A program made the position numbers and the translations under genes. From assembly GCA_041488455.1 (NCBI GenBank), contig JBGPPG010000002.1, positions 8,662 to 72,661 on the forward strand: 64,000 nt of DNA, given 5' to 3'. The DNA comes from Gemmatimonadota bacterium (GTDB lineage: Bacteria; Gemmatimonadota; Gemmatimonadetes; Gemmatimonadales; GWC2-71-9). Of this stretch, positions 9,675 to 18,311 are shown piece after piece. The first letter of the stretch is position 1, and every line of letters starts with the position of its first letter. Under the pieces are notes generated by a model. The model had not been told where the DNA came from. It saw only the letters and a program-made list of their open reading frames with translations, and did not search any database.

Positions 9675-11219
9675 ATGGGCCTACCCCGGCCGCCGCTTCT
9701 GCTGGTCCTCGTCCTCTCCGCATGCGGCGGCGCGGCCACCTCCTCACCCACGACCCTCGATTACTACTTCGCCTCGGACCCGCGCTCGCTCGATCCCGCG
9801 CTGTCCACCGACGTGCCGACCGGTGAGGTTGCGGCCCTGCTGTTCGAGAACCTGACCCGCTTCGACGTGGACGGCAGCCTCGTGCCCGGCCTCGCGCGCA
9901 GCTGGGACACGGACCGGGCGGGAACCACCTACACCTTCCACCTCCGGAAGGGCCCCACCTTTCACGACGGGCGGATGATCTCCTCCCGGGATGTCCGGGC
10001 CTCGTTTCTCCGGGCGCTGGCCCCGGGATCCACCGGCGGCAGGGGCTGGCCGCTCTTCCCCATCCGCGGCGCCCGTGCCTACTCGGCGAACCAGGCGGAC
10101 TCGGTCGAGGGCATCCGGGTTCCCGACGACACGACGGTGGTGCTGACACTCGAGGAGCCGCTCAACATCTTCCCCAAGTTGCTCGCGATGCCGGTGGCCG
10201 CCATCCTGCCCGCCACCGTCCCCTCGGACTTCGACCAGCATCCAACCGGCAGCGGGCCGTGGCGCTTCATCTCCTGGTCGCACGACGACCAGATCATCCT
10301 CGCGAAGAACCCCCGCTACTGGAACGGAGCCCCGCACATGGACACGCTCCGGATCCGGATCATCCCGGAGCCGCTCACCCGAGCTGCGGAGTACGAGGCC
10401 GGACGGCTGAGCGTGGTCGAAGTACCGTTCGGCGAGACGAAGCGGTGGGAGGAGGAGCATCGCACGGAGCTCGACCGCAGGCCCGCGCTTCGCGACCTCT
10501 ATATCGCGATCAACACCACCCGCGGACCGCTCAAGGACCCGCGGGTGCGCCGGGCGTTGAACCAGGCCGTGGACGTCGGCACCCTGCTCGGGAACATCAT
10601 GGCCGGCCGCGGGATTCGGGCCGCCGGCGCGATCCCGCCCAGCCTCGCGGGCTACGACTCGGCCCGCGCGCCCTATGGCTTCGATCCCGCCAAGGCCGGG
10701 CAGCTCCTGGCGGAGGCCGGCTATTCCAGGGGGTTCTCGGTGCAGCTGTGGCGGTCGCATCTGCCGGAGTACGCCCGGATCGCGCAGGCGGTGCAGCAGA
10801 GCCTGGCTCAGATCGGCGTGACGGTGGAGATCGTCGAGCGGGATGCGGCGAGCGCGCGTGCGGCCGCGCGGAACGGAGAGGCCGACCTCTTTCTCTCCGA
10901 CTGGTACGCGGACTACCCCGACGCGGAGAATTTCACTTACCCGTTGTTTCACTCGAAGAACAAGGGCGCGGGCGGCAACTACGCGTTCCTGGCCGACCCG
11001 GAGCTCGACAGCCTCATCGTGCGGATGCGCGCGACCCAGGACGACACCGAGAAGACCCGGCTCGCCCGGACGATCGACGCGCGCGTGTTCGATCTGGCGC
11101 CGTGGATCTTCCTCTGGTTCCCGGTGGACCTGTGGGCCGTGCGTCCCGAGCTCACCGGGTGGCGCATTCCGGCGATCTACACGGCCCAGCGGTGGACCGA
11201 CGTGCGGCGGGTGCGGTGA
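9675..11219 (+). CDS. ABC transporter substrate-binding lipoprotein, peptide/nickel family 5 (OppA/DppA-like)
   Basis: Lipobox LVLSAC at the N-terminus. Family-5 SBP length and sequence pattern (YTFHLRKGPTFHDG, WRFISW...ILAKNPRYW). Confidence 0.88.
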   Translation: MGLPRPPLLLVLVLSACGGAATSSPTTLDYYFASDPRSLDPALSTDVPTGEVAALLFENLTRFDVDGSLVPGLARSWDTDRAGTTYTFHLRKGPTFHDGRMISSRDVRASFLRALAPGSTGGRGWPLFPIRGARAYSANQADSVEGIRVPDDTTVVLTLEEPLNIFPKLLAMPVAAILPATVPSDFDQHPTGSGPWRFISWSHDDQIILAKNPRYWNGAPHMDTLRIRIIPEPLTRAAEYEAGRLSVVEVPFGETKRWEEEHRTELDRRPALRDLYIAINTTRGPLKDPRVRRALNQAVDVGTLLGNIMAGRGIRAAGAIPPSLAGYDSARAPYGFDPAKAGQLLAEAGYSRGFSVQLWRSHLPEYARIAQAVQQSLAQIGVTVEIVERDAASARAAARNGEADLFLSDWYADYPDAENFTYPLFHSKNKGAGGNYAFLADPELDSLIVRMRATQDDTEKTRLARTIDARVFDLAPWIFLWFPVDLWAVRPELTGWRIPAIYTAQRWTDVRRVR

Positions 11220-12136
11220 CGCGGATCCTCGCCGGCCGCGCGCTGCTCCTCGTCCCCACGCTGCTTGGCGTTCTGCTGGTCACCTTCCTGCTGCTCTACG
11301 TGGCACCCGGCGATCCGGTCCAGGCGATGGTCGGCGAGCGGGCCGATCCCGAAACGCTCGCGCGGCTCCGGGCCGAGCTCCATCTCGACGACCCGCTGCC
11401 GAAACAGTTTGTCCACTACGTGGGTGGCGTGCTCCGCGGAGACCTTGGCACCTCGTACATCACCCGCCGGCCGATTCTCGGTGACCTGCTGGAGCGGTTT
11501 CCGGCGACGCTACGCCTCGCGGGAGCGGCCATGCTGTTCGCCACCCTGACCGGTGTCGCCATCGGCGTGTACGGCGCCTGGCGGCCGCGCGGCTGGGTGG
11601 ATCGCGCCAGCGCACTCGCCGCCTACCTGGGGGTGTCCTTCCCGGTGTACTGGGTGGGGCTGCTCCTCATCCTGGTGTTCGCGGTCATGCTCCGCTGGTT
11701 TCCGCCTTCGGGCTATGGCGGGCTCGCCTATCTCGTCCTCCCGGCCCTGACGCTGGGCATGCGCTCGGTTGCGTTCCTCTCGCGCATGACCCGCGCGGCG
11801 ATGCAGGAGGTGCTCCAGAGCGACTTCGTGCGCACCGCGAGGGCCAAGGGGCTCACTGAGACCGCAGTCGTCCTGCGGCACGGACTCCGCAACGCACTCC
11901 TACCCGTCATCACGGTCCTCGCGCTCGACTTCGGGAGCTATCTGACCGGCTCCATCCTCACCGAGACGATCTTCTCCTGGCCGGGCGTGGGACGCTACGT
12001 GCTCACCGCGATCGAAAAGCGAGACCTGCCCGCCGTGCAGGGCAGCATCCTCTTTTTGAGCCTGGTCTTCGTCCTGGTGAACCTCGCGGTGGACCTGCTC
12101 TACGCGAAGGCGGACCCGCGGGTGGCGTACGAGTAG
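11216..12136 (+). CDS. ABC transporter permease (DppB/OppB-like)
   Basis: GTG start in a GTGA overlap with the SBP stop. N-terminus TRILAGRALLLVPTLLGVLLVTFLLL. EAA-loop region FVRTARAKGL. The upstream part of track ORF 10259..12136 is a frame artefact. Confidence 0.88.
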   Translation: MTRILAGRALLLVPTLLGVLLVTFLLLYVAPGDPVQAMVGERADPETLARLRAELHLDDPLPKQFVHYVGGVLRGDLGTSYITRRPILGDLLERFPATLRLAGAAMLFATLTGVAIGVYGAWRPRGWVDRASALAAYLGVSFPVYWVGLLLILVFAVMLRWFPPSGYGGLAYLVLPALTLGMRSVAFLSRMTRAAMQEVLQSDFVRTARAKGLTETAVVLRHGLRNALLPVITVLALDFGSYLTGSILTETIFSWPGVGRYVLTAIEKRDLPAVQGSILFLSLVFVLVNLAVDLLYAKADPRVAYE

Positions 12137-12203
12137 GCCCGGCGGCGGGAAGTCACCGGCCGCCCCGCGACGGAACCACCCCGCGAGGCTCGGCCGCCTC
12201 GCC

Positions 12204-13691
12204 ATGGCGGTCGCTCTCTTATCCGTTCCGCCGCTCCTCCGACCCGACGCGCTCCCGGCCCAGACTCCGCTCGCCCGCCTGCTGGATCGCCGGCTCGATG
12301 CGGCTCCGCTGAAGCGGTTCCTCTGGGGACTGGCCGTCGCTGACGACCGGGGCCGCCTGCTCTACGGTCGTAACGCGGACCGGCTCTTCGTGCCGGCGAG
12401 CACGGCGAAGGTGTTCGTGAGCGCGGTGGCCGCGGCGCGACTCCCCCCCGACGGAACGGTGCGCACCAGCGTGTATGCGACCGGACCGGTCGCCGCCGGC
12501 GTCGTCGAGGGCGACCTCGTGCTCTACGGCCGCGGCGATCCCACGATGGACCGCCGCTGCTACGGAGTGGACACGACCCGGGCGTTCGCCTGCCACGCGG
12601 ATCCGGCCGCCCCGCTTCGGCTGCTGGCGGACTCGCTCAGGGCGCTCGGCATCCGCGCCGTGAAGGGCGACGTGGTGGGGGACGGGAGCTGGCTCGAGTC
12701 CATGCTGGTGCATCCGGCCTGGCAGGGGTACGACCTCAACTGGTGGTACGCGGCTCCAGTTTCCGGCCTTGGTTTCAACGACAACAGCGTGGACATCAGC
12801 TGGAGCCCCGGCCCCGCGGGCGAGCCCGTACGGATCTCGTTCGCACCCAAGCTTGGTGACGTGGAGCTCGAGAACCGGACGCTCGTGGTCCCCGGCGACA
12901 TCGGTACTACGCTCGACTTCTTCCGCGACGCAGGCACGCACCGGATCCGCGCCGAAGGCCAGGTGCCGCAGGGTGCCGGCGGCGGGACCGAGCACTTCGC
13001 GCTGCCGGACCCCAACCTCTACGCGGCGTGGGCCTTCGCGGCGGCGCTGGCCGACGCGGGAGTGACCGTGCGCGGCGTGGTGCGCTCGACCACCGACTCC
13101 AGCGCGTACCGCCCGGCGCGGAGCACCGCGCCCCTCGCCGAAGTTGAGTCCCGTCCGTTTCGCGACTGGGTCTTCCCCATCCTGAACAGCAGCCAGAACT
13201 GGTTCGCCGAGATGTTGCTCAAGCAGCTCGGCCGCCGCTTCGGGCGCGAGGGCTCGTGGGCCGAGGGCCTCGCGGTCGAGCGGCGGTTCCTGGTGGATTC
13301 CGTCGGGCTCGACTCGACGCAGGTCGCACTAGCGGACGGCTCGGGGCTGGCGTGGCTCAACAAGGTGAGTCCGCTCGCGCTGGTGGGCCTGCTCCAGTAC
13401 GCACACCGGCGCCCCGGGATGGAGCCCTTCCTCGCGGCGCTGCCGCGGTCGGGATCGCGCGGGTCGCTGCGACGCCGGTTCCTCGGCACGAGTCTCGAGG
13501 GCCGGATCGCGGCCAAGCCCGGGAGCCTCACGGGTGTGAGCAGCCTGGCGGGCTACCTCGACCTCGCCGACGGCCGCCGAATTACTTTTGCCATCGTGGC
13601 GAATCACCATACGCTCGGCAACGGGGCAATGGCGGCCGCGCTCGACAGTCTGGTGCAGGACATCGCGCGGGGGCTCGGGCAACGGCGCTGA
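12204..13691 (+). CDS. dacB: D-alanyl-D-alanine carboxypeptidase/endopeptidase, PBP4 family (peptidase S13)
   Basis: SxxK motif in PASTAKVF. PBP4-type domain order. KxG-type motif near the C-terminus (AAKPGSLTGVSSLAGY). Confidence 0.82.
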   Translation: MAVALLSVPPLLRPDALPAQTPLARLLDRRLDAAPLKRFLWGLAVADDRGRLLYGRNADRLFVPASTAKVFVSAVAAARLPPDGTVRTSVYATGPVAAGVVEGDLVLYGRGDPTMDRRCYGVDTTRAFACHADPAAPLRLLADSLRALGIRAVKGDVVGDGSWLESMLVHPAWQGYDLNWWYAAPVSGLGFNDNSVDISWSPGPAGEPVRISFAPKLGDVELENRTLVVPGDIGTTLDFFRDAGTHRIRAEGQVPQGAGGGTEHFALPDPNLYAAWAFAAALADAGVTVRGVVRSTTDSSAYRPARSTAPLAEVESRPFRDWVFPILNSSQNWFAEMLLKQLGRRFGREGSWAEGLAVERRFLVDSVGLDSTQVALADGSGLAWLNKVSPLALVGLLQYAHRRPGMEPFLAALPRSGSRGSLRRRFLGTSLEGRIAAKPGSLTGVSSLAGYLDLADGRRITFAIVANHHTLGNGAMAAALDSLVQDIARGLGQRR

Positions 13692-13715
13692 GCCCCGCGC
13701 CAGGAAGGAGGGACG

Positions 13716-14201
13716 ATGCTGCTCCTGCTGGTGCGTCACGCCGACGCGGGCGATCGCGACCCCGCCCAGTGGCCCGACGACACGCTCCGCCCCCTTACCG
13801 AGAAGGGGCGGAAGGTTCACGGGAAGGTGACCAAGTCGCTGCGCGAGACCGGTCTCGTTCCCGAGCTGGTGCTCACGAGCCCGTGGCTGCGCGCCGCGCA
13901 GACCGCCGAGGTCATGACCCAGGGGCTCGGCTTGGCGCCGCCGATTCCGTGTCCCCCGCTCGCCACGGAGCCGGATCTCCAGGCGCTGGACGCCGTCGTG
14001 GGGTCTCGAAAGGGGAAGGCGGTCGTGGCGCTGGTGGGCCACTCGCCATGGATCGAAGAGCTGGCCGCGATGCTACTCACCGGGAGCGCGAAGGGAATGG
14101 CGGTGGACTTCCCCAAGAGCGGCGTGCTGTGTGCCGAAGCGGAGAGGGTCTCGGCGGGAGGGGGGATCCTGAGATTTCTCCTGAGACCCAAGATGCTGTA
14201 A
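13716..14201 (+). CDS. sixA: phosphohistidine phosphatase SixA (histidine phosphatase superfamily)
   Basis: N-terminal LLLLVRHADAG (RHG-type motif). Second catalytic His in ALVGHSPW. 161 aa. Confidence 0.8.
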   Translation: MLLLLVRHADAGDRDPAQWPDDTLRPLTEKGRKVHGKVTKSLRETGLVPELVLTSPWLRAAQTAEVMTQGLGLAPPIPCPPLATEPDLQALDAVVGSRKGKAVVALVGHSPWIEELAAMLLTGSAKGMAVDFPKSGVLCAEAERVSAGGGILRFLLRPKML

Positions 14202-14210
14202 CTGCCGCCG

Positions 14211-15239
14211 TCAATCGTCCTTCTGCCCGAAGATCGCCAGGTTGGACGAGTGCCCCGGGTTGACCTTCATCTTCGGGTTGATGTAGTGCACGGCGTTGTT
14301 CACCGCAATGCAGGCCTCCGAGGCGCCGGTGGCGATCAGCTTGAGCTTGCCGGGGTAGCTGGTGACGTCCCCCGCGGCGAAGATCCCCGGGACGTTCGTC
14401 GCCATGACCTGGTCCACCTTGATGTCCGCCTTGTCCGTGTCCAGGCCCCATTCGTTGATGGCACCAAGATCGGAGTGAAAGCCCAGGAGTGGGATGACGG
14501 CGTCCACGTCGAGCGTCTCCTCCTCCTTGGTCTTGCTCTGGAAGATCGTGACCCGGTCGATCCGGTCGCTCCCGTGCAGCGCCTTCACCTCCCAGAACGT
14601 GCGGACCTCGCACCGGCCGGCCGCGCACAGCTCCTGTACCTGCTTCACGGTCGCGCCGTGAGCCCGGAAGTGGTCGCGGCGGTGGATCAGTCGGACCGAC
14701 TTGGCGATCCCCTGAAGGTTCACGGCCCAGTCGAATGCCGAGTCGCCGCCGCCCACCAGCAACACGTTCCGGCCGGCGAATAACTTCGGGTCCACGACCT
14801 TGAAGTAGAGCCCCTTCTCCTCGTAGCGCTCCTCGCCCTCGATGCCAAGCTTCCGCGGCTCGAACGCTCCGATCCCCGCGCAGATGATCACCGTACGGCT
14901 GGGATAGACCCCGTCAGTGGTCTCGAGCAGGAAATGGCTCTTGCCGTTCTCCTCCGCTCGGCGGAGCCCCGTCACCACCTCCCCGAGATGCGTGGGCGCA
15001 CCGAACTGGAGCGCCTGCTCCACCATCCCCGAGACCAGATCCTTGGCGAGCACCTTGGGGAAGCCGGCCACGTCGAAGATGTACTTCTCCGGGTACAGTG
15101 CCTGAAGCTGGCCACCCAGCGCCGGCAGCGCGTCGATGATGCGCGCCGTCGCGGCGCGCATGCCGGCGTAGAAGGCGGCGAACAGGCCGGTCGGGCCCCC
15201 GCCGATGATCGAGATGTCGCGCAGGTCGTGCTCGGGCAT
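14211..15239 (-). CDS. ferredoxin-NADP+ reductase, thioredoxin-reductase-like type
   Basis: Starts at ATG 15239: MPEHDLRDISIIGGGPTGLFAAFYAG (FAD GxGxxG), then a second nucleotide-binding motif VLLVGGGDSAFDWA. The longer track ORF to 15977 is an N-terminal artefact. Confidence 0.85.
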   Translation of the reverse strand: MPEHDLRDISIIGGGPTGLFAAFYAGMRAATARIIDALPALGGQLQALYPEKYIFDVAGFPKVLAKDLVSGMVEQALQFGAPTHLGEVVTGLRRAEENGKSHFLLETTDGVYPSRTVIICAGIGAFEPRKLGIEGEERYEEKGLYFKVVDPKLFAGRNVLLVGGGDSAFDWAVNLQGIAKSVRLIHRRDHFRAHGATVKQVQELCAAGRCEVRTFWEVKALHGSDRIDRVTIFQSKTKEEETLDVDAVIPLLGFHSDLGAINEWGLDTDKADIKVDQVMATNVPGIFAAGDVTSYPGKLKLIATGASEACIAVNNAVHYINPKMKVNPGHSSNLAIFGQKDD

Positions 15240-15326
15240 TGTCCGTCCGCTGAGAAGCAATGAGGCCAAGCGCGGGAATATACAGCGCTGGGTGGTCCGG
15301 ATCAGCCGTTCTGATACCTTACACCC

Positions 15327-15872
15327 ATGCCCATCTACACCCGTACCGGCGATACCGGCACCACCGGCCTTTTCGGGGGCGGCCGGGTGCCCAAGGACCA
15401 CCCACGGGTCGCCGCCTACGGCGACGTGGACGAGCTGAACGCGGCGGTCGGGCTTGCCCGCGCGACCCCGCCCGCCGACCTGGCCGACCCCCTCCTCGAG
15501 TCGGTCCAGCGCGACCTCTTCGCCCTCGGCGGCCACCTTGCCTCGCCCGACCCGGCCAAGGTCGCGAAAGCCCTGGAGCGTGCCACGCTGTCGCCCGAGC
15601 GAATCCGGGAGTTCGAGATGGTGATGGACGCCGCCGACCAGGAGATCGGCCCGCTGAAGGCGTTCATCCTCCCGGGCGGCGCCCCCAAGGCAGCCTTTCT
15701 CCACCTCGCCCGGACCGTCTGCCGGCGGGCCGAGCGGAGCGTAGTCGCCCTGGCGCGGCAGAGCGACGTGCCCGAGCTCTTTCTCGTCTATCTGAATCGG
15801 CTCTCCGACCTTCTGTTCACCCTCGCGCGCCTGGCCAACCACCGGGTCGGCGGCGGCGACGTGGAATGGTGA
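15327..15872 (+). CDS. ATP:cob(I)alamin adenosyltransferase, PduO type
   Basis: Hallmark N-terminus MPIYTRTGDTGTTGLFGG. 181 aa helical-bundle size. Confidence 0.9.
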   Translation: MPIYTRTGDTGTTGLFGGGRVPKDHPRVAAYGDVDELNAAVGLARATPPADLADPLLESVQRDLFALGGHLASPDPAKVAKALERATLSPERIREFEMVMDAADQEIGPLKAFILPGGAPKAAFLHLARTVCRRAERSVVALARQSDVPELFLVYLNRLSDLLFTLARLANHRVGGGDVEW

Positions 15873-16990
15873 CCGTCCGCCACGCGCTCGGCAGCTATCC
15901 CGTCGAGGTCGAGGCCGGCGCGCTCGGCCGTCTTCGCGCGCTCGCGACGGCGCACGCCGGCGGGCGACGCCTGGCACTCATCACCGAGTCCACAGTCGGC
16001 CCTTTGTTCGATGCCTTCCGACGGGGATCGGGGCCGTGGCACGCGGCGGCCGGCGCCAAGGCGGACCTGCCGGACTTCGCCGCCGAGCTGGTCGTGCCGG
16101 CCGGAGAGACGTCCAAGAACCGGGCTCAGTGGGCCGCCCTCTCCGATCAGCTGCTCGACTGCGGCTTCGGCCGCGACAGCGCCATCGTCGCGCTGGGGGG
16201 CGGCGTGATCGGCGATCTCGCGGGCTTCGTCGCCGCGACATACCTCCGGGGCATTCCCTGCCTTCAGGTGCCGACCACCCTCCTCGCGATGCTGGACGCC
16301 TCGGTCGGCGGCAAGACCGGCGTGGACACGCCGCACGGCAAGAACCTGATCGGCGCATTCCATCCGCCGGTCGCAGTGGTCGCCGATCCGCTGGTCCTCC
16401 GCACCCTGCCGGAGCGGGAGTACCGCGCTGGACTAGCCGAGGCGGTGAAGCACGGGCTCATCGCCGACGCCGGCTACTTCGCCTGGCTGGGTGCGTCGGC
16501 GGATGCGATCACTCGGCGGGACGAGGCCACGCTCGCGACGCTCGTCCGCCGGAGCGTGGAGATCAAGGCGGCCGTGGTGGGCGAGGATGAGCGGGAAAGC
16601 GGACGGCGAGCCATCCTCAACGCGGGCCATACGGTCGCCCACGCGGTCGAGCACGCCTCCGGCTACGCTCTCGCCCACGGCGAGGCGGTCGCGCTCGGTC
16701 TGGTCGCCGAGTGCGAGCTGGCGGAGGCCATGGGAATCGGGCGGCGCGGACTCGGCGCGGAGGTGGCGGGGCTGCTCCGTCGACTTGGCTTGCCGGTCAG
16801 GCTGAATGCGGCGCTTCCACGCGACCGGGTCCTGGCCGCGATGGCCGCCGACAAGAAGAATCGCGCAGCCCGGGTGCGGTTCGCGCTTCCGCGCGACGTC
16901 GGCACCATGTTTCCGGGCGAGCGGTGGACGGTGGCGGCGGAGGAGCAGGCGATCGCCTCGGTGCTGGACGGCCTCAGCCGGGGGGCCTGA
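15866..16990 (+). CDS. aroB: 3-dehydroquinate synthase
   Basis: ATG at 15866 overlaps the previous stop by 7 nt. Motifs GGGVIGDLAGFVAATYLRGI, DASVGGKTG, GHTVAHAVE. Confidence 0.9.
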   Translation: MVTVRHALGSYPVEVEAGALGRLRALATAHAGGRRLALITESTVGPLFDAFRRGSGPWHAAAGAKADLPDFAAELVVPAGETSKNRAQWAALSDQLLDCGFGRDSAIVALGGGVIGDLAGFVAATYLRGIPCLQVPTTLLAMLDASVGGKTGVDTPHGKNLIGAFHPPVAVVADPLVLRTLPEREYRAGLAEAVKHGLIADAGYFAWLGASADAITRRDEATLATLVRRSVEIKAAVVGEDERESGRRAILNAGHTVAHAVEHASGYALAHGEAVALGLVAECELAEAMGIGRRGLGAEVAGLLRRLGLPVRLNAALPRDRVLAAMAADKKNRAARVRFALPRDVGTMFPGERWTVAAEEQAIASVLDGLSRGA

Positions 16991-17131
16991 GTCGCCTTCC
17001 GGAGCGGTTTCGGAGGGGTTCGGGGCGGGCTCCGGGCCCGAACGTCACTTATCCCCACGAAAATGGTGCGGTGGAGAAAGGGAGGAACCGATTCCTGATG
17101 AATGTTTTGTGATGTGGAAAACACCTCTTGC

Positions 17132-17160
17132 TTGACCGATCCGGCGCCCCTCCGTATATT
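17132..17160 (+). promoter_or_regulatory. sigma70-type promoter candidate for the sigma factor gene
   Basis: TTGACC (17132-17137), 17-nt spacer, TATATT (17155-17160). An AT-rich stretch lies directly upstream. About 80 nt before ATG 17246. Confidence 0.5.
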
Positions 17161-17245
17161 CAAGAGCCGCAACGGCTTACGACGCAGTCCCCTTGATTTG
17201 ATCTCCACAATCGGTCGTTAGGTCAACCCTCGCTCGGGGTGGTCT

Positions 17246-18142
17246 ATGCCTGTCGTCCGCAACAACGGGAATCCCCGCCCGCTGTTCCGCACCGCTCCCT
17301 CCAGCGCGTTCGACCAATACCTGCTCGACATCCAGAAGCTCCCGATGATCACGGACCCTGAGGAGGAAAAGCGGTTGGCGCGGCGCGCGCAGGCAGGTGA
17401 CGCGACGGCCGCTGAACGCCTGGTGACGGCCAACCTCCGATTCGTCATCTCCTACGTCAAGAAGTATCAGGGACACGGGCTCGAGCTTTCCGAGCTGGTC
17501 GCGATCGGTAACGAGGGACTGCTCAAGGCCGTTCGCAAATTCGATCCGGAGCACGGCGTCAAGTTCATCTCGTATGCGGTGTGGTGGGTACGCCAGGCCG
17601 TCCTCAAAGCCCTTGCCGAACAGACTCGCAGCGTCCGGATCCCCCTCAATCAGAACTCGGCGCTGATCCGTATGTCCCGCGCGGAGAGCTTCCTCGCCCA
17701 GGAGCTTGGCCGTGAGCCGACCGACCACGAGGTCGCGCTGGCGCTCAACGACACGGTGGACAACATCCGCGCCGCCCGCCGGATGACCGGGGCCGAGGTG
17801 TCGCTGGACGCCCCGGTCGAGCGGCAGGACCGGGCGTCGAGCACCTTCGGTGAGCGGGTGGCAGGCACGGGCCACGGCGAGATCGAGGAGATGACCGACA
17901 GCCGCCTGCGCCGGGAGTTCATCGAACGGCTCTTCGAGCGGCACCTGACACCGCGTGAGCGCAAGATCCTCTCCCTCTACTACGGACTGGAGGAGGGCTC
18001 GGAGGCGCTTACGCTGGAGAAGATCGGCGCGCTGCTCGGGGTCACCCGCGAGCGCATCCGCCAGATCCGGGAGCGGGCATTCGAGAAGCTGCGGGAATCG
18101 CCGGACGTGAAGTCGTTGAAGGAGGGATGGGTGGCAGCGTAG
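17246..18142 (+). CDS. RNA polymerase sigma factor, sigma70 family (RpoD/RpoS-like, lacks region 1.1)
   Basis: Region 2 (NLRFVISYVKKYQGHGLELSELVAIGNEGLLKAVRKFDP, FISYAVWWVRQAV), region 3, and region 4 HTH (LTLEKIGALLGVTRERIRQI). Confidence 0.9.
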   Translation: MPVVRNNGNPRPLFRTAPSSAFDQYLLDIQKLPMITDPEEEKRLARRAQAGDATAAERLVTANLRFVISYVKKYQGHGLELSELVAIGNEGLLKAVRKFDPEHGVKFISYAVWWVRQAVLKALAEQTRSVRIPLNQNSALIRMSRAESFLAQELGREPTDHEVALALNDTVDNIRAARRMTGAEVSLDAPVERQDRASSTFGERVAGTGHGEIEEMTDSRLRREFIERLFERHLTPRERKILSLYYGLEEGSEALTLEKIGALLGVTRERIRQIRERAFEKLRESPDVKSLKEGWVAA

Positions 18143-18302
18143 CAGCTATTAGCCGTTAGCCGTTAGCCCTTAGCCGTAGACTGGGGCCCTCCGCGAGCGT
18201 CGCGGGGGGCCTCGTTTCATTCGGAGCCTGAGCAGCTAACGGCTGAAGGCCAACGGCGAACAGCTGCCAGCCTTTAGCTAATGGCTAACGGCTAACGGCT
18301 AT
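18142..18302. repeat. heptamer-array inverted repeat element, TTAGCCG flavour
   Basis: Left arm: TTAGCCG TTAGCCG TTAGCCC TTAGCCG (18149-18176). Central GC hairpin: GGCCCTCCGCG-AGCGT-CGCGGGGGGCC (18185-18211). Right arm: ten in-register heptamers of CGGCTAA type (18233-18302). Confidence 0.85.
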
Positions 18303-18311
18303 CTTACACCC

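Noticed and set aside
9744-10952. 402-aa minus-strand ORF antisense to the ABC binding protein, and the 10259..11215 part of the long plus-strand ORF
   Set aside because: Shadow ORF and out-of-frame N-terminal extension. The permease homology begins only at GTG 11216.
14211-15977. Long N-terminal extensions offered by the ORF track (also 15260..16990, 19741..21615, 34451..35344, 43117..43992, 44141..44410, 44549..45574, 47776..48945, 48630..50507, 60477..61451, 62102..63688, 32398..33342)
   Set aside because: The homology-like sequence starts at an internal ATG/GTG, usually with an SD or a 4-nt overlap with the upstream stop. The extensions overlap neighbouring genes and are not protein-like.
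17018-17043. GC-rich hairpin after aroB (GTTCGGGGC...GGGCCCGAAC) as an intrinsic terminator
   Set aside because: The stem is plausible but no U-tract follows. Kept only as a note, not as a feature.
18142-18302. Considered whether the heptamer arrays could be CRISPR arrays or tRNA/ncRNA genes
   Set aside because: The units are only 7 nt, contiguous, without spacers, and no cas genes are present. No cloverleaf or known ncRNA features. Better described as tandem-heptamer hairpin repeats.
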